Notes under the pieces: model-generated
Seen by the model: the letters and a program-made list of their open reading frames with translations, nothing else
Database searches by the model: none
What the model was told of the DNA's origin: nothing
Program-made: the position numbers and the translations under genes
Origin: Lingula anatina
Lineage: Eukaryota > Animalia > Brachiopoda
DNA: 64,000 nt
Assembly: GCA_051362555.1 (NCBI GenBank)
Contig: CM120646.1
Coordinates: 21,390,001 to 21,454,000 of the forward strand
Direction of reading: 5' to 3'
In this document: in pieces, positions 13,401 to 26,600 of the stretch
Layout: every line of letters starts with the position of its first letter
How positions within the stretch are numbered: position 1 is the stretch's first letter

Positions 13401-14583
13401 CATAGCTGATAACAATTCTCTTGTAGGAGCGAGAACTGAAAAGACAGCAGGCTGTTCTTCTTAAAGAACAGGTGGGTCAAGGTGGTTTTTATCTTTGACA
13501 AAAATGTAAAACCATTTGTTTTGTCCACCTGCACCCCCTCTACCCCAATCCAACCCACCCTTCTGAAAATTCTTATAATTATTGTGTCATATTAACTGAA
13601 GGTTGGTCTTGAAATATATTTGCACTTTATTTGGCATCTTATCCTTTATGCAGTAATACAGAAGACATGTGGGCAATGACATACCCAATTATGCAAGTTT
13701 GTGGCCTCAGAGCCATTTTTCGCGACTACAAGAAGTGAATGATTTGCCAATAGTATGTTTGATAGAAAAGTTGGTCCAAGAAGTGGGGGTAGTTAAAATG
13801 AATGGTTTTACAGTCTGAAAGCTCTCTTTGAAGACAGATCCAAAAACAATATTTTTTACATAATAAAAACACTGTTCTTTTCTGGTTGTTTCACACAAAA
13901 TTAAGAAATTATACCCTTTGGATCTGTCTTTTCTCTAATCCATTCTTACAGTCCAAAGTTTCAGAGCAATATTCCTTTAATATTCAACAAGAGGATGGCA
14001 TAATTTCATGTGGAGTGAGTAAACAGTTCACATTTGATTCCAGAATAAACTGCAATAACAGTGATGGCACCTATAATTATTGTATTCTTTTGGAGATTTT
14101 GCTCTGAAACTTATCAACTGTGACCAGTGCGTAATGTAGTTGTTGTGTCAGCTCTCCAGTGTGCAGGTTGTCCATTGTGTTTCTTTTTAGTCATTTAAAC
14201 TGATGTCATTTATAGATGGTTGCTTATCACTATGTAGGTGATTTTACACAAGAAAAATAAATGAAGGGGTTTTTGAAAGGTAACAAATTTAAAGACCTCA
14301 CATCAGTTTGAAAGTGACAAAATCATTATAGAACAACCTGCCTAAATTGCAGTGTAAATCTACCATATGAATTAGGTTTTTAGGCATGCTTTTCACTTTG
14401 TGTGCTCGTGGAGTTTCACCACCATATGTCGTTGCTGTGTGTTGCTGTTTGTGTTTTTTTTTTTTTCAAATTTTATATGGGTAAAGTTGGGGGAAGGGGG
14501 GAGGGGAGACATGAAACCAAATAATATTGTGCATTGTGATCTATATATTAATCTATCTTGAAATGAAATTCCATTGTCTATAT

Positions 14584-14646
<63 letters not shown>

Positions 14647-16712
14647 TTCATTCCTTAATTTTGTATGCCTATAAATATGCGATTGTCTTTGTTTGGTTCA
14701 AATCTTCAATTAAATTAAAAAAAAAATGAATCTTTGAATCATGGGCGTTTGGTCTCCCCTAAATTGCTAAACTGTTTCTTTGAGTTCCCTTCCACAAATA
14801 AATTTCTACCAATTCTACATAGCACAAGTTTATATCTCCTGGTATATTTGATTTTGAAACATTTATTTATTAACTGTTAAATGTGATCTTGCATGCAATG
14901 GATGTTAGCATGAAGCTTTCACAAGTCAGGAGTACATAGCTTTCACTTGTTTCTGAAACCTACCCTTTGTTAGCTTGTCAACTGTTTGTTCGACCAAGCT
15001 TCAATGGAGTGAGTCAAAAAAAAAAAAATATTCTGCACCAGAAAGCATGCTAATTATTATGTCCTAATAATGAGAAAAAAATCCTGAAATATCTCGCTGC
15101 TTATTAATGCCATTTATGAATATCATAGGATCACATTCCTTCTTCCACATGCAAAAGATTTTGGATGCACTAAAAGAGGGTGAAATATATCAGGGGCGGA
15201 TTTAGGCCGTCTTCTGGGTCTTCCGGAAGACGGTCAGATTTTCAAGTTTACATTGACGGGTATCTAATTTTTTCTGTCGGAAGACGGTCAAAAAATGGAG
15301 GATGGATCAACAAATATAATATGGAAGACTGTCAGAAAATATCTCTGGATCCGCCCCTGTATATGGATAAAAATTTGTTAAATTCTCGGGCTTCTTATAA
15401 AGTGTGACTTTCGGTTACAGAAGAGAAGTTTTATTTTTCTCTTACGTAAATTAGGAAGTTGGTGGATTTTTAAGAAGTTGAGTCTGAATCATGTTGAATG
15501 TACCTCCTAATTCCTACTACGATGTCCTCACTAGTCTGTCTCAATATTTGTTGCCTGTCTGTTCCAAAGAGAAGTCTTGATTTCAGGATTTACCTATTTT
15601 GTCAACAAATATTTCATTTTCTCTGTCAGTTGTTTGTGCATTTTTGAATGTTCTGTGTTGTGGTGTAGTTCTTTTATTCTTGGCCTGTGATGGGAAGAAT
15701 TCTTGGCAAGATTCCGTCATAACATTCACTGTTTTTTTCTTCTTCTCTTTTTTTTTTTTCAATGCAACTTCATCATCACCCTTAGGAAAGGGAACGGCAA
15801 CAACACATGATGTTTGTACTTAATTTGGTAGGTGGTTATCATAGCATGCTAGGATGTAGATCTATCTATCTATTTATTTATCCAACATATATATATATAT
15901 ATAGTTTTGTATGCATTATCTGTTATATTACTCTGGAACATTACTCACACACCCAAATGCAGAGTCTGTCCCTCTAGACTAGGATCCAAAATATTATTTT
16001 GGATCCTAGCTCTAGAGAAATGCCCTCTGGGATATTCTCCCTCAAAAAATGGACATATTTTGACATTAGTTCTTCAGATATATGATAATCTTCCAGGCAG
16101 TCCACTTATTAAACTGCCCTGCACATCCATACCCCCCTTAGAGACACGTGCCCCCTTGGGTCACTTCTGTCACGGAAATGGTCTTCCCATTGTGATGTGG
16201 GGTGTGGGGTCACTGGAGGTGGGGGTGAAGCAGGGCACCAGGGAAGTCAATGAGGCTGGTGTTATGTGGGAAATCTGTAACAAATCCTTCTTCCAAGCTG
16301 AATAAATCCTTTTCTTCTAACCAGATGTATGCTGATTAGTTATAGCATACTTAAGACTGATATATACTGGAACTATATTGAATTTACTAAATGTTATATA
16401 TGCTTGGCCTGTTTTTGATTTCCCACTTTTAGTATTTACAAAGGGATTTTTTTAAAATTCCACTTGTAAAGCAACAGCATTGTCAACCTGTTGATGAACT
16501 TATGCATGCATTTTTCCGTGCTGTGAAATCTTTTCTTTCGACTTTCCAATTGTTAGGTTTAGTAAAAAAAAAAGGGGGAGGGTGTGATGGTGATGGCTCT
16601 CAATGCTACCATCAGGAACAGGTAATGTTTGAAGTTCCTATATTGAGGTGAATGAACCAAGAAGAAAGTATGCCCCAAAATATTTTTCTTTCAATTTTTC
16701 TGATAATTTTTA

Positions 16713-16743
<31 letters not shown>

Positions 16744-19700
16744 GGAAAGAGAAAGTCTAAGAATAGGAAAGGCAGCTGTTTATTTTTGTGGAAATAGAAT
16801 TGAGAGGATGAGAAGCATGGCGGAGTGTAAAGGACACCACAAAAGAGATATATTGGTGACTGGCATGCGCAACATCTGAATAACAGTTACTGTAAAAATG
16901 TAATCATGAAATAAAGGGGGTGAGGAGGAAAAAAAATTGCCCATGATTCGGATGCTACATTGTCTTATTTCTGTTCATCTGTATGGTAGTTCTTGACTTT
17001 TTATTGCCACATTTTGGAATTAAAAAATCCCCACTGAGTATCCACTAAAATTGCTAAACATAGCATTAATTGATGTAATCGATGTTTTTTGACCAATCAG
17101 AGTTGAGTAAACATACCATCAATCACTCAACTGATCAATCAGATTCAAGAAAACATAATCATATAACCAACCAATCACAGTAAATGGGTATCTAAGTACA
17201 TTATCATAAAGCATGATAAGTCCCCAGGGCCGGAAGCATTATTAGGAGCTTTTTATGTTTGCATGGCAAGGTGATGGCTGAAAGTTGCACCATTCGTGTG
17301 TATTCCATTCTATGTTATTCCTGTTGTTTTAATCATGTTTGTTTCTATTATCACTTACTATTCTGTTTCACTTGGGTATATTGTGTTTACAATTGGAAGA
17401 CTTATTTTGTCAGACATTCTGCTGGCTGTTTCTGTGTTCTGATGTTTGATTTGTCTGTTTTACCCCCTTTGCTGCTCAGGAAGTAGAGAGGCAGCTGTAT
17501 GCTAACATGGTACTCACCTTGGTATGTAACTTTACCTCTTAATTTACATGCATTCAGACCAAAAATTGCTCAACTGATGGCATTATATTTATTTTCCCAA
17601 GACAGCATTGGGGAGAGGGATTTGGGGGGGGGGGGGGGGTAGGATTGTCAAAATGATATGCATGGTCTCCTGGTGATGTCATTTTGGCTATTTCTGGTTT
17701 GAGTTGGCAAGGTTTGTACACACTTTTATATCTCGCTAACACGTCCTGAGTTTGACATTTCTGATGGCAGAACTTTGGTACACATTGTCATTATAAGATT
17801 AGACTGCCCCTCATAGCTATAACATGTCAGAGAGCCAAGAGCAGGATTGTGAAACTCAGGGTTCTATTATATCACTGTTGCTTTTATGAATTAGATATTT
17901 TCAGCCCTTTTCAAATTGTTTATAATTTTTTTTGCCAATGACATAAATTTTGAATAAATGCTGTTTTGTATGTCAGTTTGGAAGACAGGAAAGAGAGAGA
18001 GAGAGTAGATCTCTTCATACTTTATAAACCAAGTACTGTGTATATTAATCCATCTTAGTCTTCATTTTTCACCTTTGTATTTGAGTAGATTGTTTAAGCT
18101 TCTGTCACTGAGGTACCATGTCTCCATCAGGACTTTCAGGAAATTTTATAGAACTCAGTTTTATTGAAATTACAGCCTGAATGTACCAAAAAGAAAAAAA
18201 AAACTTCCCTAAACTAACATTACACCTCTCCCTGATTAAAAATTAAAATCACTTGAAGTTAATATACAGAAAGATCTATGTAGCTTTATTATCAAAGTGA
18301 TTAGTTCATGAAGAAAGAAGAATTTATTTGCCTTCCCCCACCAACATTTTCTTAGGCTTTCCAGAGTTAGTTAGATATTTTTGTATATTTAAAATTATTA
18401 AAATTTTAAAAATATTATTGAAATGGAAAATCAGGAAGATAATGTATGTGAAGCCTTTGTGCTGCAGTGTCAAATTAAAAATTTTAAATAATAATTTTTG
18501 GTATGTGAAAACTCTTAGAATATTGTTTTCTTAACATCACACATGTGGCTTCATAGATGAGAAAAAGTGCACTTGTGACTTGAAAAGAGCTTGGATATAT
18601 ATGTATGTGCGTATGTGTAAGTGCAAGCACAAATGTGTATAAAAAGCCCAGTGCGAATCCTTAACTCCTTAATGCAGTTTTTCAAGTGAATTGTCATCAG
18701 TGCTGCAGTTAGTGATTCAGAAGTAAATTAAAGTAACTTGATAATATGTACTGCAATGTTTAATCCTTTAATATCATGTTATTCACAATGATGTTGTCAT
18801 TGCAGGAGAGAGAGCGACGGCGTCAGCACATGATGTTGGTCAAAGCCTTGGAGAACCGGCGGAAACTGGAGGAGAAGGAGAGACTGAAGGAGGAGAAGAA
18901 AGCCGAGAAAAGGCTGACCAAGCAGAGGAAGCTGGTAAGATGGGTGCTTAGTGCTTGGAAATATTATTTCAGACTCCCTTGAGGAAGACATAATTTAATT
19001 TTTATAAAATTTTCACCTCTAAAATAACTTGATATGTATTGATTTCTTGAAGAAGTCAAAATTCTTCCCAGCTTTTAGGTCAAGAACAAACCATGCATCA
19101 GAGACGAAATATTTGTCTCACTTGTACATTTGAGGTTTTGTATTTGTTGATAGAATATATGCAGAATAAAGGAAGTATAATTGTTCTGTACATCTTCAGG
19201 AACAGAAGAGGTTAGAAATCCAAATGGCCAAAGAACTGAAGAAACCAGTTGAAGACATGCAGCTGATGGATGCCAAGGTAATAAAATTATTTTTTAAATT
19301 AAAACAAAAAAATCTGTGTATTTTATTTGGTTAAGAGGACATTGCTTCTGAATTCCAGTTATTTTATATTCATATGTAACAGGTGCCATGGTAATATTTT
19401 CAATCATTATGTAAGTTATCCCCTATAGTAACAAATAGCCCATTTATTGTCTTTAACTTATTATTATATGTTTTTCATTGATTTGAGCAGTCAGTAGTTT
19501 TACATGTGTAGCATTTTTTGTGTGCTTTATGTAGCATGAGTGTATTTTTCCACAATTTTATCTGTATAGTAGCTGTCGGTGACTCACATGAAATAATGAT
19601 AAATATGTTTCAGTCAATAACAACTCTAATTTTATCTTATTTAGTTAAAGTGCCTGTTATATTTTATTCCAGCCTCTCCCCACCCTGAACAGAATCCCTG

Positions 19701-20605
19701 GAGTCAAGTTACCAGGGCCGGCCTTTGCAGACTGCCTCATGGTTGTGGAGTTCCTGCACAATTTTGGCAATGCTCTAGGATTGGGTGTGTATTGAGTATA
19801 AAACTACAGCAGTGACATCTATTTTATTGTCTTTGAGAAATTTGAAGATGTTTTATTTCTTGTTTCTCTCCCTTAGTAACGTTTTCAAGAATAAATATGG
19901 CTAGAGTACATTGTGTTATATAACTTATGTGCTGTACTGAAAAATGTATTTGTAGGTGACAGTAATGAGTGGATATTTGAACAGTTTAGAAATAATAACT
20001 GGCAACCTCGTTACCACATTTAAATTAATGTCAAAAATACCAAACTGCAACGGGGAAAAGAAGCAGTTGTTTACTTCATTTTAGTGGACTTCAGTGAATT
20101 TGTCCATCATCTTATAAAATATTCATCCTTTAAGTTTTATGTGACTTTCAGTCTATAGTATTTTTGTGTAACTTGACACTGTATGTGATACATTTCAGAC
20201 AAGGACTCCATCCCATCCCTGAACACAATCCAAATGGGGATGTTAAATGATGAAGAGGAGCTGGAAGAAGTGCTCTCCCTCATGACTCACCTGCTCAAGT
20301 TTGCTCTGGATGACCCAGGAGTGCCCAACCCCAAGGAGGTACTAGGATGATGAAAATTAAAGATGTTACAATGATATCATTAAATTTACTTATGATTGTT
20401 ACTCCATGAGTAAGTCTCGTGCTGTGTCACTGCATGAGTAGTTCTCGTTCGCGCTCTCGCTCTAGTCTCGTGAGCCACATTCAAGAGTGGCAGTAGTCAG
20501 TGCATGAATAGCCAGTGGATGGTGTGGTCAGTGTAAATAGAGTTGTCTCTTTATCACAGAGATTAATATGATTTAACTTATGTGAAAATAAGAACTAAGA
20601 TTGCC

Positions 20606-20687
<82 letters not shown>

Positions 20688-23600
20688 TAACTAGGGATGT
20701 GCTGGTCTTTATTAAGTTTTCAGATCCTAAACATTATTGTTCAAGTGAATGAAGGATAGTCATAATACTATAAATATATCAAATGATTTGTTCCAGGCAA
20801 CCACCTTGCTGAATGAAAAGATTACAGATGTTGATTTGAATGAGAACAACATTTCTGAAGTTCTGAGAATCTTCCTGGTGGCCAGGAACGGGAGTCAGGA
20901 CGAGGTATGACCTTGACCTCAGTAATTCCTTATCAAAAATTATGAATAGATTTAAAAATAGTTTGTTTTTTTTAATCATGTCCAGTATGTTTGAAAAAGC
21001 CAACATTATGTTCACACATAGTTAATAGTAGGATTTGCAGAAAAACTATTTGGCCTTTTCATTAAAAGATTTTAAAACTGGTGCTGCTCTAAAAACATGA
21101 TAACAACATTGAAAGTTATCAACATCGTGTATAATACATCACTGGTTACAATTCATATACTTATTGGAAATACTACAAAGTTTATAAATTTGAATTTCTC
21201 ATGTATTTTCAGTTAACAGAGCAGTTGAAGTTCCGTCCCTACCAAGCCTTCAACAGTACCCAGAAGGCCTCACTGCTGGGGGCGCTGTGCAACGAACTGC
21301 TGTGTAGCAAAGTCATTACAAAGTGAGTGCGACCCGCTAGCTTCTTCCCAGCACATCTGGCTTCAGTAATTGATATAACTAAAGAAAGTCATGACAGTTA
21401 CTGTTAAAAACATAATGATCATGTCATTTTCTTTTTAATTTTCTTAATTGTTAATAGAATACCTGTAACATTTAGAATCCAAGCGATGATGAAAGATTTT
21501 TGGTGGAATATGTTGCAAGTTCCTCACAGAGATCCAGGATGATAAAAAAGACCTTGACAGCACTTTCACACCATGTTTTGGAAAACTAATTGTAATTGTA
21601 CCACCAGCGTTAGCGCTGGCGGTACACATGGTTTCGGTCCCGTCCGGATCGTTCCGCCGGCTCCGCCGGCTCCGCCGGACGGCTACCGTTACCGCTTCTC
21701 CTCCTAGACGGTAAGGGCCCCCGTACCCATCTCATGGATTTAGGTCACCTATAATCTCAACTCGTTCCACGTAAAATTTGGGCTTTGTCGGTATTGGGGT
21801 CTGGGTGTGGCACTCATTACAATGCACCCTTGTCTAAAAATGGCAAAATTAAATGCTAATTATCTACCCTACGGAAGGAGTTATGGGAAAAATTTCTATA
21901 GACGGCTTTCCAAAAGTCATATGTGTAGATTTCAAATATACCCTTGGATTTGACCTTTGACCTTTACTTCAAGGTCAAATGGGTCAAAATTTTCAAAAAA
22001 ATGAAATTTTTTACGAAAAAAATATTTTTTGCCCTGTTATTCAGACACTATACAGACTTAACCAATAATATTATTGGAAAGTGTTACCCTTCAGGTCATC
22101 TTTCATCTCCATGAATTTGGGGTCAATCGGTGCATTTTCACGGGAGTAGCGGCCATAAGATACCGAAACTGAAAACTGTCTCTAATTCGGGAACCGTTAA
22201 TGCTAGAGACCCATTCTTTTTTGCATTTTGTAGAGCATGTAAAGCCCAACACTGGAGGTGGTCTCGGTTTTTTTGTATTCCATACGGTTTTCGAGTTACG
22301 CTGTATCAAAAAGTACATATTGGTGGTAAAAGCAAAATGTGCAGTACGGTAATGGATAATAAATTTTGAACTCTGGAAAAATAAAACATAAGGCTTGGCA
22401 AAGCAGACAACTTGTGTTCAAAAATGACATTATTTCATCAAATTTGAACTTCTGAAACTTCAGGGCACCTCCTATTTCAAGAATTTTGACCAAAATGACA
22501 TTTTCTTTATTTTAATTAATTTTTTCTGTACGAAATTTAAGGCACATTATGGTAACTCCAAAATTATAACATTTAGTCCCTTATATCTCCAAAACTGGCA
22601 GAGATAGGTCCATAGTTACTATTGAAGTTGAATAGGAAGTCATATACTGGCAATCTTACTGTGACCTTGAAATTGACCTTTGACCTACTTTTCACCATGA
22701 ACTGAACTTTGCAAATTTTGCTTCCCTTTTATCTCCAAAACTGGCAGAGATAGGTCCATAGTTACTATTGAAGTTGAATAGGAAGTCATATACTGGCAAT
22801 CTTACTGTGACCTTGAAATTGACCTTTGACCTACTTTTCACCATGAACTGAACTTTGCAAATTTTGCTTCCCTTTTATCTCCAAAACTGGCAGAGATAGG
22901 TCCATAGTTACTATTGAACTTGAATAGGAAGTCATATACTGGCAATCTATATGTGACCTTAAAATTGACCTTTGACCTACTTTTCACCATGAACTGAACT
23001 TTGCAAATTTTTCTTCCCTTTTATCTCCAAAACTGGCAGAGATAGGTCCATAGTTACTATCGAACTTGAATAGGAAGTCATATACTGGCAATCTAAACGT
23101 GACCTTAAAATTGACCTTTGACCTACTTTTCACCATGAACTGAACTTTGCAAATTTTGCTTCCCTTTTATCTCCAAAACTGGCTGAGATAGGTCCATAGT
23201 TAGTATTGAACTTGAATAGAAAGTCATATACTGGCAATCTAAATGTGAACTTCAAATTGACCTTTGACCTACTTTTCACCATGAATTGAACTTTGCAAAT
23301 TTTGCTTTCCTTTTATCTCCAAAACTGGCAGAGATAGGTCCATAGTTACTATTGAACTTGAATAGGAAGTCATATACTGGCAATCTATATGTGACCTTAA
23401 AATTGACCTTTGACCTACTTTTCACCATGAACTGAACTTTGCAAATTTTGCCTTCTTTTATCTCCAAAACTGGCTGAGATAGGTCCCTAGTTACTATTGA
23501 ACTTGAATAGGAAGTCATATACTGGCAATCTAAATGTGATCTTAAAATTGACCTTTGACCTACTTTTCACCATGAACTGAACTTTGCAAATTTTGCTTCC

Positions 23601-26600
23601 CTTTTATCTCCAAAACTGGCAGAGATAGGTCCATAGTTAGTATTGAACTTGAATAGAAAGTCATATACTGGCAATCTAAATGTGACCTTTAAATTGACCT
23701 TTGACCTACTTTTCACCATGAACTGAACTTTGCAAATTTTGCTTTCCTTTTATCTCCAAAACTGGCAGAGATAGGTCCATAGTTACTATTGAACTTGAAT
23801 AGGAAGTCATATACTGGCAATATAAATGTGACATTAAAATTGACCTTTGACCTACTTTTCACCATAAACTGAACTTTGCAAATTTTGCTTCCCTTTTATC
23901 TCCAAAACTGGCAAAGATAGGTCCATAGTTACTATTGAACTTGAATAGGAAGTCATATACTGGCAATCTAAATGTGACCTTACAATTGACCTTTGACCTA
24001 CTTTTCACCATAAATTGAACTTTGCAAATTTTGCTTCCCTTTTATCTCCAAAACTGGCAGAGATAGGTCCATAGTTACTATTGAACTTGAATAGGAAGTC
24101 ATATACTGGCAATCTAAATGTGACCTTAAAATTGACCTTTGACCTACTTTTCACCATGAACTGAACTTTGCAAATTTTGCTTTCCTTTTATCTCCAAAAC
24201 TGGCAGAGATAGGTCCATAGTTACTATTGAACTTGAATAGGAAGTCATATACTGGCAATCTAAATGTGACCTTAAAATTGACCTTTGACCTACTTTTCAC
24301 CATAAACTGAACTTTGCAAATTTTGCTTCCCTTTTATCTCCAAAACTGGCAGAGATAGGTCCATAGTTACTATTGAACTTGAATAGGAAGTCATATACTG
24401 GCAATCTAAATGTGACCTTAAAATTGACCTTTGACCTACTTTTCACCATGAACTGAACTTTGCAACTTTTGCTTCCCTTTTATCTCCAAAACTGGCAGAG
24501 ATAGGTCCATAGTTACTATTGAACTTGAATAGGAAGTCATATACTGGCAATCTAAATGTGATCTTAAAATTGACTTTTGACCTACTTTTCACCATGAACT
24601 GAATTTTGCAAATTTTGCTTCCCTTTTATCTCCAAAACTGGCAGAGATAGGTCCATAGTTACTATTGAACTTGAATAGGAAGTCCTATACTGGCAATCTA
24701 AGTGTGACCTTGAAATTGACCTTTGACCTACTTTTTATCATGAAGTGAACTCTGCTAATTTCTTTCTCTTTTAACTTCAAACTTGACAGAGATAGGTCCA
24801 TAGTTACTCTTGAACTTAAATAGGAAGTCATATACTGGCAATTTTCTGTGACCTTGAAATTGACCCTTGACCTATCTTACAAAGAACTTAAATTTGATTG
24901 TACCATATATATTTTTTGCAATAGTTTAAAAATTCTTGTTGATTGCATTTTTACAGCTTGTCAAGCACAAAACTGGTGGCTGTGTCCCTTATTTTGTGTA
25001 TGTGGGGGTCTATACGAATGCGCTTGCTCCAGCTGGTGGTACAATATTCGGAGGCGGTATCGCCTCTCTGATCCTCTAGTTTGTAACAGTTTTTGAAGTA
25101 TAGACTCGCCCTTCAAGAAATCGACGCCTTCAAGAAATCGACGAAAACCGGAAGTGCGTGTTTTTTGCACGTGTTGTCAAGTAAAACGAAGCGTCTGATA
25201 CAAAGTATCAAACGCGACATTCACGTGCTTGCTTGCGATGCGTTCAGTACACTTTGTTTACACTGACAAGTCGAGGTCAGGAATGCACAATGTTTTTCTA
25301 TGTAATTACGCAGTTTCAATTTTGATTAGTGAATTTTCTTTTATCTGCATGGTCATTTTCCGAACATTTGTATGAGCCACGAAATATTTCTCATCGGAAA
25401 ATCACCCAGCAGCTTTCCAAGTAGAAGCGAGTGACGTCATGACGCACTTCCGGTTTTCGTCGAGATCTTGAAGGGATTAGCGTTACGGTTTGCTGCACAT
25501 TTAAAGCGTTCTGTCTCAAAATGTACTCAACTGCTTGGATTGAAATTTGCAGAACTTATTCTTCACATGATATCACACATATGTGCTTAATTTGAGAGCT
25601 TTAGCTGTTATATGTTTTCTACAGTGCCCATTCAAATTTGAAAAAGAGCTATTTTCCGTCGATTTCTTGAAGGGCAAGTCTATATCACTCAAGGGTCTGT
25701 AACTATTTTCCTCCTTTTTAGGAGAGGGTTGAGGCTGGGCCTACCATTTTGTGTTCTAACTAATCTTTCTGTTATTCTCTCTTAAGCTGAATGGCAATTG
25801 TGTATTTATTTTGATTTCATGTACTTATTCATGGATTTATTTATTCAAATATCTGTTTTTTATAAAAAAATATATTCTTTTCAGTGAAATTGAGCGTAAC
25901 ATTGACACAGTGTCGAACCTCAGACGCGACAAGTGGGTGGTAGAAGGAAAAATAAGAAAGTAGGTCCCTAAATTTCAGCCGCTTTCCTTATTTACTTGTT
26001 TTATGTATTAGATGAAATGATAGTTTTAAAACATTGTTGCAGGTTGTAATGAAGAGAAACATATCAAGATTTTGTGATATTCCACTAAAGGCAACTTTAG
26101 TGTTGTAGTATCCAGAAATTTGTGATGAACCAAGTTATTGGGTATTCAGAAGAACCTGCCTTACTTGATATAATATTAGTTTCTGTACACTTGGTTACAT
26201 GCAGTGTTATTCAGACAAAAAACAGTTTTAAGCAAGCATTTTTAAAGAAGTATTTGGCAATGTGAATTTTGCACCAATTCAAGATTAAATTTGTGATAAA
26301 TAGCCCTTTATTAAACTTTCTTTAGTATATAGTAAAGTTACCAAAAAAAAAAGCTTTAAGTAAGTAATTTTCTTTGCACTCGGACCAATCCATTGCTCCA
26401 CAAATTCAACAGAAAGTCCACTGTTTCTTAACTAAAGAAAATTGCAATTAGGTACTGTAACTGTGGTCAATGAAGTATACCTTAGAGAGATGAGAGCCTT
26501 TATTTATTTTTTGTGTCATGTAATTCTTTACACCACAGAATGAAGCACCTCCAGTCCAAGAAGTTTGGCAAGTCATCCCCGTCCACCAGCCGTGCCGAGA

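Noticed and set aside
15907-16305. 132-aa plus-strand ORF in a BAZ2B intron
   Set aside because: Non-ATG start, no recognisable motif and no convincing splice pair.
21486-21560. Possible intronic C/D snoRNA (ATGATGA box; another at 20347)
   Set aside because: No properly placed CTGA D box or terminal stem found.
23276-23518. ORF within the 146-bp satellite
   Set aside because: Chance open frame; the period is not a multiple of 3 and there are no transposase motifs.
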